Assembly: GCA_964016885.1 (NCBI GenBank) | Contig: OZ024741.1 | Span: 228,222,001 to 228,286,000, forward strand | Direction of reading: 5' to 3' | DNA from: Eledone cirrhosa | Lineage: Eukaryota | Length of the DNA: 64,000 nt | Shown: positions 1-11,330 of the stretch, piece after piece | Numbering within the stretch: position 1 is the stretch's first letter | Layout: every line of letters begins with the position of its first letter | The notes under the pieces: model-generated | The model's database searches: none | What the model was told of the DNA's origin: nothing | The model's input: only the letters and a program-made list of their open reading frames with translations | Position numbers and translations under genes: made by a program

Positions 1-28
1 AAAACATTCTAGGCATTTACACTATTAA

Positions 29-250
29 ACCTTTAGCATTTACATTACTCTATATTTACTATTGTATTTTCACAGTAAAGTCTTTACCTCACATAATTAT
101 ATCACATAATATTAAATCTATGAGATTTTGATATTATTTATTTTGGAGAACAATACCTTAACATCATTATGAGGGGCTAGTTATAGCCAGTTTGAACAGA
201 AAAAGGTGAGAGAATTCTGGATGGATACGGCCAGTTTAAATGCTAAAGAG
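29..250. mobile_element. piggyBac-like MITE
   Basis: TTAA at 25-28, TIR (A)CCTTTAGCATTTA...TAAATGCTAAAGAG; related inverted copy at 48633-48927. Confidence 0.6.
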
Positions 251-1211
251 CTAAATAGGATTCACTGAGAATATCATTAAAACGTTAAATGTCCTCAATC
301 CAACTTTTGGTCACCAAAGATAAACAGGACACAGAGTGCATAAAGGTGATGTAGTACATATACATAGCAGTACAGGTGGCAATAGTATGTATACACAATA
401 TGGAGACACACAAGTATTGAGGTCATTTTAATCAAATAGCCCCTCTCCTAACATTTCCACACTTGTACATATGTAAGAAATTATCATGATCATCATGATG
501 ATATGATGTTGATGATGATGATAGCAGTGGATGTAAAAATAGGTAGAATATCAGGTGCAATATATTATAGTATTCTAATCCCATCTCTTTACACTGTGTT
601 TGTATCCTGCTCCCAATCCCCAATTATCTTTACCTTTCATTGTTTGTTCCCTTGTCAATAAAATGAAATACCACTCAAGAACTGGGGTTAATATAATTGA
701 CTGTAAACCCACCAACTGAAATGTGTGTACATTGTGTTAAGTTTAAAATCCACATTAAGGTCAATTTGTGACCTTGTGCTATGTTAAAATCCACATTAAG
801 GTCAAGATCAATGCAAATGTAGAAATGCAATATGGTATTTAGTTCTTGTCACTCCAGATTCAAAAGTACAAATCCTACTGCTGGTGACCAAGCTTTACTA
901 ATATCTGGAGGTCAATCTAAATAAACGTCAGAAATCACTGAGGTCAATAACTCAGATCAGCATCAGACACAGATCAGAGATGATCAACCAGACCTGTTTT
1001 CTCCTGGTTACATTATCACGTGTGTCCTTAATTAAAATTGTAGAGTATGATGATATAAGATGTTTCTATGAACATCCAAATGCTGATGACCACAATGACT
1101 ACAAGACTATTCCGAAAGCTAGAATCCATTGAAGGGGCAAAGATGAGGTCAATCACAATAATGATGTAGTAATGTGGTAGTGAAATATCTGACCATTCGC
1201 TCGTGTAGTAG

Positions 1212-1398
1212 CAGACCTGCAAACCTCTAAACACCCAAAAGGAAAGTACCTTGAAAAAAAAAGTATCCCGAAATGGGGCGAAATGAGGCAAAATGGGGAG
1301 ATTTTACATAACGAAAGCTATACCTCTTTACATAAGAGAAAACATCTCACACCCATCTGAAAGTGGGTGGGAGATCTTCTCAAGAGTTGACAGATCTT
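1212..1398. mobile_element. hAT-like MITE (~190 bp family)
   Basis: Starts CAGACCTGC, ends TTGACAGATCT; similar to 21253-21444 and 28711-28905. Confidence 0.6.
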
Positions 1399-2137
1399 AC
1401 CATAGGTACTATCCTAGTACTACCATACAATTAAAAAATACCAGCCAAATCTCCCTCAAATAACACCCAGGGGGAAAAAACAAAGAACGCCACATTTCAC
1501 AATTTAATACCTTACTTACAAAAAAAAAAAGGACAGGATAGTTAAGACTTGGATACCTTTGATCATAGGTCTGCTTAATCAGGACTGACATGGAGCTAAA
1601 CAACAACACTGACAAACAAGACTAAACTTTAAAGACTTCCTAAATCTTCCATTAAGACAATAAAAGCTGCATGCCAACATATGCAGACATGCAAAAATAT
1701 CAAGATATAAGAGTACAGAGGGAAAATGTTTAATCAATAGACTCAGTTTACTGGTAGATTACCTGCTCAAATAAAACACAACTACACGGAAGAATATCAG
1801 CCAAATTACCCTTAAATATAAAACAGTTACATCTATAAAGAAAAAATAGCAGACATGTCCCAACCAAGAAGCCTCAAATTATTATTCCATTATATTAAAT
1901 AAGGCAAGGTCACAAGGATAATGTAATCTTACATAACCCTAAAGGAGATGGGGTGAAATGCTTTTGCGCATAGGTTGCATTGTTCAACAACATCATCGCC
2001 ATATATATATATATATATATATATCATCATCATCATGATATATATATATGTAAATGTATCATCACAATATATATATATATTTTATATATATATATATATA
2101 TATAAATATATCATCATGATATATACATATATATATA

Positions 2138-3314
2138 TCATCATCATCATCATCACCGTTTTACGTCTGTTCTTCCACGCTAGCATGGGTTAGACGGGTT
2201 GTCCTGTTGTGGGCAGTGTCTGGTCGGCTGACCATGCCTTGCTCATACAGGAACTGATCTGGCTTGATTTCTACAGCTGGATGCCCTTCCTAACACCAAC
2301 CTCATTTACAGTGAGTGCTGGGTGCTTTTTCGTGGCGCATTACACATCTACTTTACAGTGTGGGCTGGGTGCTTTTTTGCTGTGGCACCTCCACGACCAC
2401 CTTGCGGTGGGGGGTGGGGGGGGTGGGGGCATATTGTCTATATGCTTCAGCTTGTACCCATGGGAGGTCGGGTACTCTGTATTACTGCGTGATGCCAGAG
2501 GTCACGGTCGTGTGTCATTGCCTTTGAGAGGTGTAATTGGGTAAGGTCGGCTTTTATCACCTCATCCCAGGTCATCTTGGGTCTCCCCACTCTGCGGTTT
2601 CCATCGACTTCTAGTGCTCTGCACCTTTTTATGCAGCTGTTATGCTTCATACGCATCACATGTCCATACCAGCACAACCGCCTCTCCTGCACACAGCATT
2701 TGATTCCTCTTATGCTCAGTCTCTCTCTCAATTCATTTATGCTTTGTCGTTCACGTATATTACTGTTACACATCCATCGGAGCATGCAGGCTTCGTTTCT
2801 CTCTAATCTACGTAAGTCTTCCACCTTCAGCGCCCATCGCTGTTCGGATACACGCATCATTCTGAGGCAGAAGCCTTTTGCAGCTAGCAGTGGTAGTAGT
2901 TCCCTAAACTTCTTCCATCCCGTTCTTACCCTAGTTATTGTACTTTCTGAACACCCACCTCCGCTGCTAATTCGGTCACCTAGGTAGCAGAGCTGTCTAC
3001 TGTTTCTACAGAGCCCTCCCAGAGATTGGTGGTACTTGTTTCCTGTGGCTATTTGCTGCTTGCTGTCCCAGCACAGCTGCTGCATGTGAAGCCTACATTC
3101 TTAATTAAGCTTCCTGAGATCCCGCTACATCTCTTGTGTACCCATTGTTTGCATTTGGGGCAGAGAATGGAGTTCCTACCTACACCTTTCCTACATACTG
3201 AGCAAGGCCATTTCCCTGAGGGGATCTGGGTTCTGTTTTCTCGTCTACTTACAAGGACCTTAGTCTTTGTCATGTTGACTTTGAGACCCTTTCTTTCTAG
3301 TCCCTGCTTCCAAG

Positions 3315-3316
<2 letters not shown>
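2138..3316 (-). mobile_element. 5'-truncated RTE LINE (subfamily B), 3' part
   Basis: Near-identical to 16710-17915 in reverse; KWPCSVC, YLG, RLCWYGHVMRM motifs; (GAT)n tail. Confidence 0.92.
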
Positions 3317-3360
<44 letters not shown>

Positions 3361-3823
3361 AATATATCATGATATATTTGGGTGGCCTGATATGATTTCC
3401 AGATATAAGGTATGACTCTTTATTATTATTATATTTATATGAAATACTGATTGATCTTCCTTGTATCCCATGTCTGATTTAGCCTTATAGAATAGCTATG
3501 TGTGTATATGGGTGATCCATACATGTATTTATTATGTTTTAATATCTGTGTGTGTGTGCATTGGTTGTGTATACATATGGTTTTTCTTTCAATATCCAAT
3601 TGAGTTCTTATACACGTGGTTAATACCTAACAGGTTTAAATGACCAGCGTGTATATTGTTTTATTTTAAGATGACCTCCCTTTACCCTTTTGGGGACAGC
3701 GTGCATTTTATCTTTGGGAGGACTGCTGAATTTTCTAATCTACCAGTCTCTTCTTAGCGCTGAGGGAGACCATCACCATTCTATTAATGTTGATATAATT
3801 CTTATATCGATATTACTTGGGCA

Positions 3824-3947
3824 TCCACTGATGAGTTTATAAGAGCCCGCTTGTGTATAAAACTATGGATTATATCCAAGTTTCTACATAACCTGGAAAT
3901 TATTTATCCCAAATTGTAGAAATCTTATAACGAAACAGCCGTCTGGA
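3824..3947 (+). ncRNA. Type I hammerhead ribozyme with ~95-nt extended stem II
   Basis: TCCA-CTGATGA-GTTTATAAGA...TCTTATAAC-GAA-AC agcc GT-C-TGGA; stem I TCCA/TGGA. Confidence 0.7.
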
Positions 3948-4316
3948 AGGAAAGAGATATTTATTTAATAATGTCTCGTATAAAATAGTACAACCAGCTA
4001 TCCACGAAATACTGATTAGTTAGCACCCCAAACACTAAATTGGAATAATACTTAGGTATATCCTAATGTTTGTTGAGTGAAATGGAGTTGGTCGGAGTAT
4101 CACTTAAGGCTTTCTCTGTTTATGTATTGTGTATATATATATATATATATATGTAATTTCGGCTCCCTCATGAGGTGAGCTTATTAAGTTGCGTGTGTTG
4201 GACTGTTGTTTCTAACCAATACACTCATACCACTTTTGACTTGCGGCGCACGAGGTGATAAATTCATCTTCCTGTGTGAACGTTGGTACATAGTGTTTGT
4301 CGCATTTAATCAGATT

Positions 4317-4394
4317 CTCTCGCTGATGATGCCCATGATTATCTGTTGCAAACACACTCAGGGCGAAACAGATTATCCCTAATCTGTCCGAGAG
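4317..4394 (+). ncRNA. Type I hammerhead ribozyme with stable stem III
   Basis: CTCTCG-CTGATGA-T-GCCC...GGGC-GAA-ACAGATTA tccc TAATCTGT-C-CGAGAG; all three stems pair. Confidence 0.88.
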
Positions 4395-4705
4395 ATATAA
4401 TTGTTATTGAGGCGGTTTGTATAATATAATTTTATTTTATCATTCTGTCTGCTTCATTGTTAAATATTTCAAACAAATGTGGTCTTTCAACCCTTGTAAT
4501 ATTAGACACACGGTTTACTGTGTTTCTTACTACATATATATTATTATTATAATGCTCAGTATTTTATACTTGGAGCTTAATGATTACAGGGTTTCAATAA
4601 GAGTTATTAACTCTAATTCTCATTTATATATGTATATATAAATATATCATCATGATATATATATATATATATATGTATATATAAATATATCATCATGATC
4701 ATGAT

Positions 4706-4795
4706 AATCATCATCATCATCGTTTAACGTCCATCTTCCACACTTGCATGTGTTTGGACGGGAGGTTTCCCACTTGAGGCAAGATTTGTTGTCCT
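4706..4795 (-). mobile_element. RTE LINE (subfamily A) extreme 3' end
   Basis: Reverse match to 15130-15218 with (GAT)n tail. Confidence 0.8.
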
Positions 4796-4799
4796 CCTT

Positions 4800-5720
4800 G
4801 TATAGGAAGCTGCAGGGGAAGAAATCCTGGGCTACAGGAAGTCCCTCAGAGAAGCTTGGGTCAGCGACAACACCTGGCAGCTGATTAATGAAAGGAAAGC
4901 CCTACACCAGCAGGGACATGCCACTACCACAGAGGTCATCAAGGTATATCAGCAGTATGTTGACAAGGACAAGGAGGTGAAACGCAGCGCCCAAAAGGAC
5001 AAACGAATGTGGCTTGAGGGTAAGGCAGAGGAGGCGGAAGCAGCTGCGACACGCAATGACATGCGTTCTGTGTAACAAATTGCCAAGAAAATCACCGGCA
5101 GCTCTAGAGCTAACTCAGGCCCGGTGAAAGCGAAAGATGGTACGCTGCTTTCCAAGAGTGAAGAAAAGTTAGTCAGATGGGCTGAACATTTCAAGGAAGT
5201 CCTCAACCGACTGGAGCCACGTGTGCCAGCAGACACTAAGGAACCTACTAGTTTGTTGCCTATCAATACTGATGACTTCACCGAGAAGGAAGTCCGCATG
5301 GCCATCAAAACCCTTAAGAATAACAAGTCACCAGGTATGGATGGCATTTCTGCTGAAATGCTGAAGTCAGGAGGCGAGCATGGTCAAGTGGATGGGCCAC
5401 TTATGTAATCTTGTGTGGAACACGGGTGAAGTCCCAGAAGATTGGAGAAACGGAGCGGTTGTCTGTATCCCCAAGAAGGGCAACCTTGCCGATCGTGACA
5501 ACTGGAGGGGAGTGACACTTCTCTCCATACCAGGGAAGGTCTATTGGCTGATGATCCTGAACCGCATACGTGGCATGGTAGACCGGGAACTGCGAGAACA
5601 ACAGGCAGGGTTCCGACCAAAACGTTCCTGTGCAAAGCAGATCTTTACGTTACGCCGCATCATTGAGAGGTACAACGAATTCCAGAGGCCCCTCGCCGTC
5701 AGCTTCATCGATTTCTCCAG
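4800..5720 (+). pseudogene. RTE-clade LINE reverse transcriptase fragment (disrupted)
   Basis: KSPGMDGISAEMLK, NWRGVTLLSIPGKV, QQAGFRPKRSC, FIDFS motifs; stops and frameshifts. Confidence 0.85.
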
Positions 5721-6062
5721 AACAGCTCGACTCCTTTCTCTCCTTCTTCTGCTCCTTCCACCTCCCCCCCTCTATCTCCACCACCCACGTCCACTTCTTA
5801 GACATCTCCGTCGCCTTCGACCCCTCCCACCACTCCCTCGTCACCTCCGCCTTCTTCAAACCCACCGACTCCCACTCTTACCTCGACTTCACCTCTTCCC
5901 ACCCCACACACACTAAACACTCTATTCCCTACTCCCAACTCCTCAGGATCCGCCGCCTCTGTAGCCGAGATGCTGACTTCGAGTCCCAGGCCCTTTCCCT
6001 AGTCAGCCATTTCATCCGCAGAGGTTACCGCTCTTCCCCCCCCCCCCGGTTCCTTTCCCTGT

Positions 6063-6464
6063 TCTAGGTCCCGCTGCAACACCTGTCCCCACATCACCAA
6101 CACCACCACCTTCCAGGGTCCCAACGGCCACACTCTCTCTGTCTGGCATGCCTTCCGCTGCACCTCCTCCAACCTAGTCTACGGACGTCGCTGCACGGAG
6201 TGCAGCGCGACTTACGTCGGACAGACGGGACGTCGCCTGGCGGACCGATTCACTGAGCACCTCCGAGATATTCGTCTCGGTGGTAGTTCCCCCATCGCCC
6301 GCCACTTTGGTGCCCCTGGACATTCCGCACGCCATCTCACAGTCTGTGGCCTACTCCAATGCCAGGGAACACCCGCCAATCTCCTCAGAGTTGAACAAAG
6401 AACCATCTTCATCTTACAGACCCACACTCCCCCCGGCCTGAACTCCCCACTCTTATTCCTTTAG
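6063..6464 (+). pseudogene. PLE GIY-YIG endonuclease domain (not in ORF track, no start codon)
   Basis: RCNTCPHI...CTSSNLVY...CTECSATYVGQTGRRLADRFTEHL...ARHF...H...EQRTIFILQT..PPGLN, ends TAG. Confidence 0.85.
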
Positions 6465-7902
6465 CCTTCGACCGCCCCCCTCACCCCACACATATCCCCC
6501 ACTAACACCACTAACACACCCCTCCTTTTCACCGCCCACCCCACAATTAACAATACTAACACCTCCACTCCACCCCTCATCCGACCACCCTTCCCCAACT
6601 AACATACTAACATCCCTCCCTTCTCCTCCCCCCCTCCTTATCATACGCACACACCCACTGGCACATATATACAAGCGCTCACACTAAACACACACCCTAC
6701 TACCACCACAAACCCTCACCCCCACACATCCATCCCACCACCCCGCAACTAACATCACTAACACCCCCTGACCCCAAGCACATGAACACACGCACCCACT
6801 TACACCACCCACCCCACACGCAACTAACATCACTAACACCCCCCAACCTCACGCACACGTACACACACCCTCGTACACCACCAACTCTACACACCCTACC
6901 ACCACTAACACCCACTCACACCCGCATTCAACCCTTTCTCCACCTCCCGTATACTAACACCCACTAACACCCCCTTCATCAAACTACACACACACCAGTA
7001 CACCACACTCCCTCCATCGACCCCCACACCCTTCTCTCCCCGCTCCACCCACACCCTTTCTCCAACACTCACTCATCCCACTAACACCTCTACTAATACA
7101 CACACACACCCTCCTCACTCCAACTTTCACACCTACCCATCCTCGCTCCTTTACCATTCCACCCTACTGCTACTATGCCCTCTGACCACCTCCCAGCACA
7201 CACAGACATACAGCACTCCTACTGCCTTGACCACTTCCTGTTGCGCGCGCACCCCACATCTCTCCTCTTCCGACCATCTCTTCATGGATTACTCGTACGC
7301 GGACCATGACCGCGGAATCAACTACCATCCTAGGAGTTTACCAACCATTTAACCACATCTTCTTACGGAATCACCTTTATAACTCACCTACACACACACC
7401 CCAAAAAAAATTTTTTTCCCCACACGCCACCTACACCCACAACACGGTTAAACCCCCCACACACATGCTTTCCACCACATATTTACACCTTCAGCCACCG
7501 GATTCCTCTCCCCCCACCTCTCTATCCACACACACACACACACTCCGACCTACACCCCACCCCACACACACCTCTTCCTGAACATGCAACCCCGTTCTTC
7601 CCCCAACCCTTGCTTTCACATACACACACACACACACACACGTACACCTACACACACACACACCATCTTCAGCCCTCCCCACTCGGACACCCCGTCTCCC
7701 TCTCCCCACTCCACCCGCCACCACCCCTACACGCCCCACACCCTTTCACCACCTGTTTTACCCCATTTTAATTTTATTTTATTTTGATCATGCTTTTATT
7801 TTTAATTTCATTCGCACCGTTTCCTCCCACCCCCTTTTCGCTATATGTCTCTCCACCACTCCTCTACACACCCTTTGAACTCTCTTCCCACACACTTTTC
7901 AC

Positions 7903-7930
7903 CTGAAGAAGGGCTTATGCCCGAAACGTC
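7903..7930 (+). ncRNA. Minimal PLE-type hammerhead core
   Basis: CTGAAGA-A-GGGC ttat GCCC-GAAACGTC; stem III reduced to palindromic ACGT; stem I not evident. Confidence 0.65.
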
Positions 7931-8024
7931 GTTCCCCACCACCACCCCACTCTCAAGAGCGTGAAATTAATAAACATTCGTTGTACTGCCTCTGTTTTGT
8001 TCCTGTTCAAATTTTCCACTATAT

Positions 8025-8363
<339 letters not shown>

Positions 8364-8377
8364 AATATATATATATA

Positions 8378-8641
8378 TCATCATCATCATCATCATCACC
8401 GTTTTACGTCCGTTCTTCCACGCTAGCATGGGTTAGACGGGTTGTCCTGTTGTGGGCAGTGTCTGGTCGGCTGACCATGCCTTGCTCATACAGGAACTGA
8501 TCTGGCTTGATTTCTACAGCTGGATGCCCTTCCTAACACCAACCTCATTTACAGTGAGTGCTGGGTGCTTTTTCGTGGCGCCTACACGTCCACTTTACAG
8601 TGTGGGCTGGGTGCTTTTTTGCCGTGGCACCTCCACGACCA
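8378..8641 (-). mobile_element. RTE subfamily B 3' UTR fragment
   Basis: Essentially identical to 17652-17915 reversed; (GAT)n tail. Confidence 0.9.
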
Positions 8642-8696
8642 CAAATAGATATATAAATATATATATATATAAATATATATATATAAATATATATAG

Positions 8697-8731
<35 letters not shown>

Positions 8732-8758
8732 TATAAATATATATATATATATATATAA

Positions 8759-8809
<51 letters not shown>

Positions 8810-8810
8810 A

Positions 8811-8855
<45 letters not shown>

Positions 8856-8882
8856 TATAAATATATATATATATATATATAA

Positions 8883-9001
<119 letters not shown>

Positions 9002-9033
9002 AATATATATATATATAAATATATATATATATA

Positions 9034-9065
<32 letters not shown>

Positions 9066-9081
9066 AATATATATATATATA

Positions 9082-9188
9082 AAGGTTAACGTATGTTGAT
9101 GCCCTAAGGACAGACACTGGTCTGTTGGAGATGCAGGACATGGCAGCGATAATGAGGGACAGAGACCGCTGGAGAGAACTCGTCCATA
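9082..9188 (+). mobile_element. RTE-X-like LINE 3' fragment
   Basis: Matches 43143-43248. Confidence 0.8.
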
Positions 9189-9251
9189 GATAGATATATA
9201 TATATTTATATATAAGTATATATATATAAATATAAATATATAAATATATAT

Positions 9252-9282
<31 letters not shown>

Positions 9283-9313
9283 AATATATATATAAATATA
9301 TATATATATATAA

Positions 9314-9412
<99 letters not shown>

Positions 9413-9540
9413 AATATATATATATATAAATATATTGTTATACTTGGGGAGGGTCATATTTGCGTAATATAAAAAACTTCGCTAAACGAATTCATCGCCG
9501 CTATATAAATATATATATATATATATATAAATATATATTT

Positions 9541-9623
<83 letters not shown>

Positions 9624-9747
9624 AATATATATTTATATATATATATAAATATATATATATAAATATAAATAAATATATATATATATAAATATATATATAT
9701 AAATATAAATAAATATAAATATATATATATATAAATATATATATATA

Positions 9748-9827
<80 letters not shown>

Positions 9828-9874
9828 AATATAAATATATATATATAAATATAAATAAATATATATATATATAA

Positions 9875-10035
<161 letters not shown>

Positions 10036-10186
10036 AATATATATATATAAACATATGCAAAGTTTTATTTAAATTGTTGGGTTACAACGAGTAAATATTT
10101 ATAACTGATATAAAAGCACTCAACAAGTATTTGGAGTATATTTACGATATTAAATAAATGGAAACTATATTTATAAAACCATATTT

Positions 10187-10250
10187 ATTTCATTATATAT
10201 ATTTCAGGGATATCATATTAAAAATATGGTATGCCTTCATCAGACAAAAT
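10187..10250 (-). ncRNA. Hammerhead motif in pLTR-like fragment (same family as 61796-62168)
   Basis: ATTTTGT-CTGATGA-AGG...CCT-GAA-AT atat AT-A-ATGAAAT; stem I includes G.U pairs. Confidence 0.55.
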
Positions 10251-10375
10251 ACAATATAAACAGTCTTATAAATAGATATATAAATATATATATATAAATA
10301 TATATATATAAACAGTCTTATAAATAGATATATAAATATATATATATATAAATATATATATATAAATATATATAG

Positions 10376-10424
<49 letters not shown>

Positions 10425-10469
10425 CATACAAATATATATATATATATATATACATACAGGCACACATAT

Positions 10470-10772
10470 ATATATGCACGTATCAGTTTACCGAACATTT
10501 ATTATAATATTCGCTTTGTTCGTTTGTAAACAAACGAACAGCCTGATTTACGCCGTACAGTGTTTAGGCAACCACGTCACCTTTTTGTTAAACACTGACA
10601 CAGGAACGATGTACTAGTTTCAAGCTTGTTAGCTATCGTCAGCACCGTATACCTTTCTGCCAGATGGTTGAACGTCCGAAAGTATATACTTTCCTTATGA
10701 AAATTAACGGCTGAGCAGCCTAATTTGCATATCGAGTGAGTTCAGATACGTGCATATATATATGTGTGCCTG

Positions 10773-10815
<43 letters not shown>

Positions 10816-10870
10816 GCTACTGTACGTCTGTATACATATATGTATGTACGTATACATACATACTTACATT
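10470..10870 (+). repeat. ~420-bp dispersed/tandem repeat family, rearranged copy
   Basis: ACCGAACATTTATTATAAT...ACTAGTTTCAAGCTT...AATTTGCATATCGAGTG shared with 15219-15639, 17916-18050, 31746-32284. Confidence 0.75.
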
Positions 10871-11163
10871 TATATAAATATATATATATCATAAAATATG
10901 TCTATAGAATCACAAGATAAAATATATACTATTTCCTCTCCCAATTAGCATAATTAACTATATAAAAAATTGAATAGACCAGGCTATACGAATGAGGCTT
11001 CTATGAAGGAATCTCCGACAAATAACCAAAACTAGCGCATTGCGTCGGCCGTAGCGGAATATTTATCGAATATTTCGACAGCGTAATCGCCTAGATACAG
11101 TCAACTAAGCAGAATTAGGTTTAAAATAAACTAGGAGAAAATGTATGTATATATATATGTAAA

Positions 11164-11205
<42 letters not shown>

Positions 11206-11260
11206 TATATATATATAAATATATATATATAAATATATAAATATATATAAATATATCTAA

Positions 11261-11291
<31 letters not shown>

Positions 11292-11330
11292 CAGACGTAC
11301 AGTAGTATGTATATATATATACATATATAC

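Larger units (their letters stand above)
5720..8019 (+). mobile_element. 5'-truncated Penelope-like element (Neptune-like): RT thumb, GIY-YIG endonuclease, C/A-rich tail, pLTR
   Basis: HFLDI...KPTDSHSYLDFTSSHP...SIPYSQLLRIRRLCS; GIY-YIG frame 6063-6464; minimal HHR near the end; ends in (TA)n. Confidence 0.85.
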
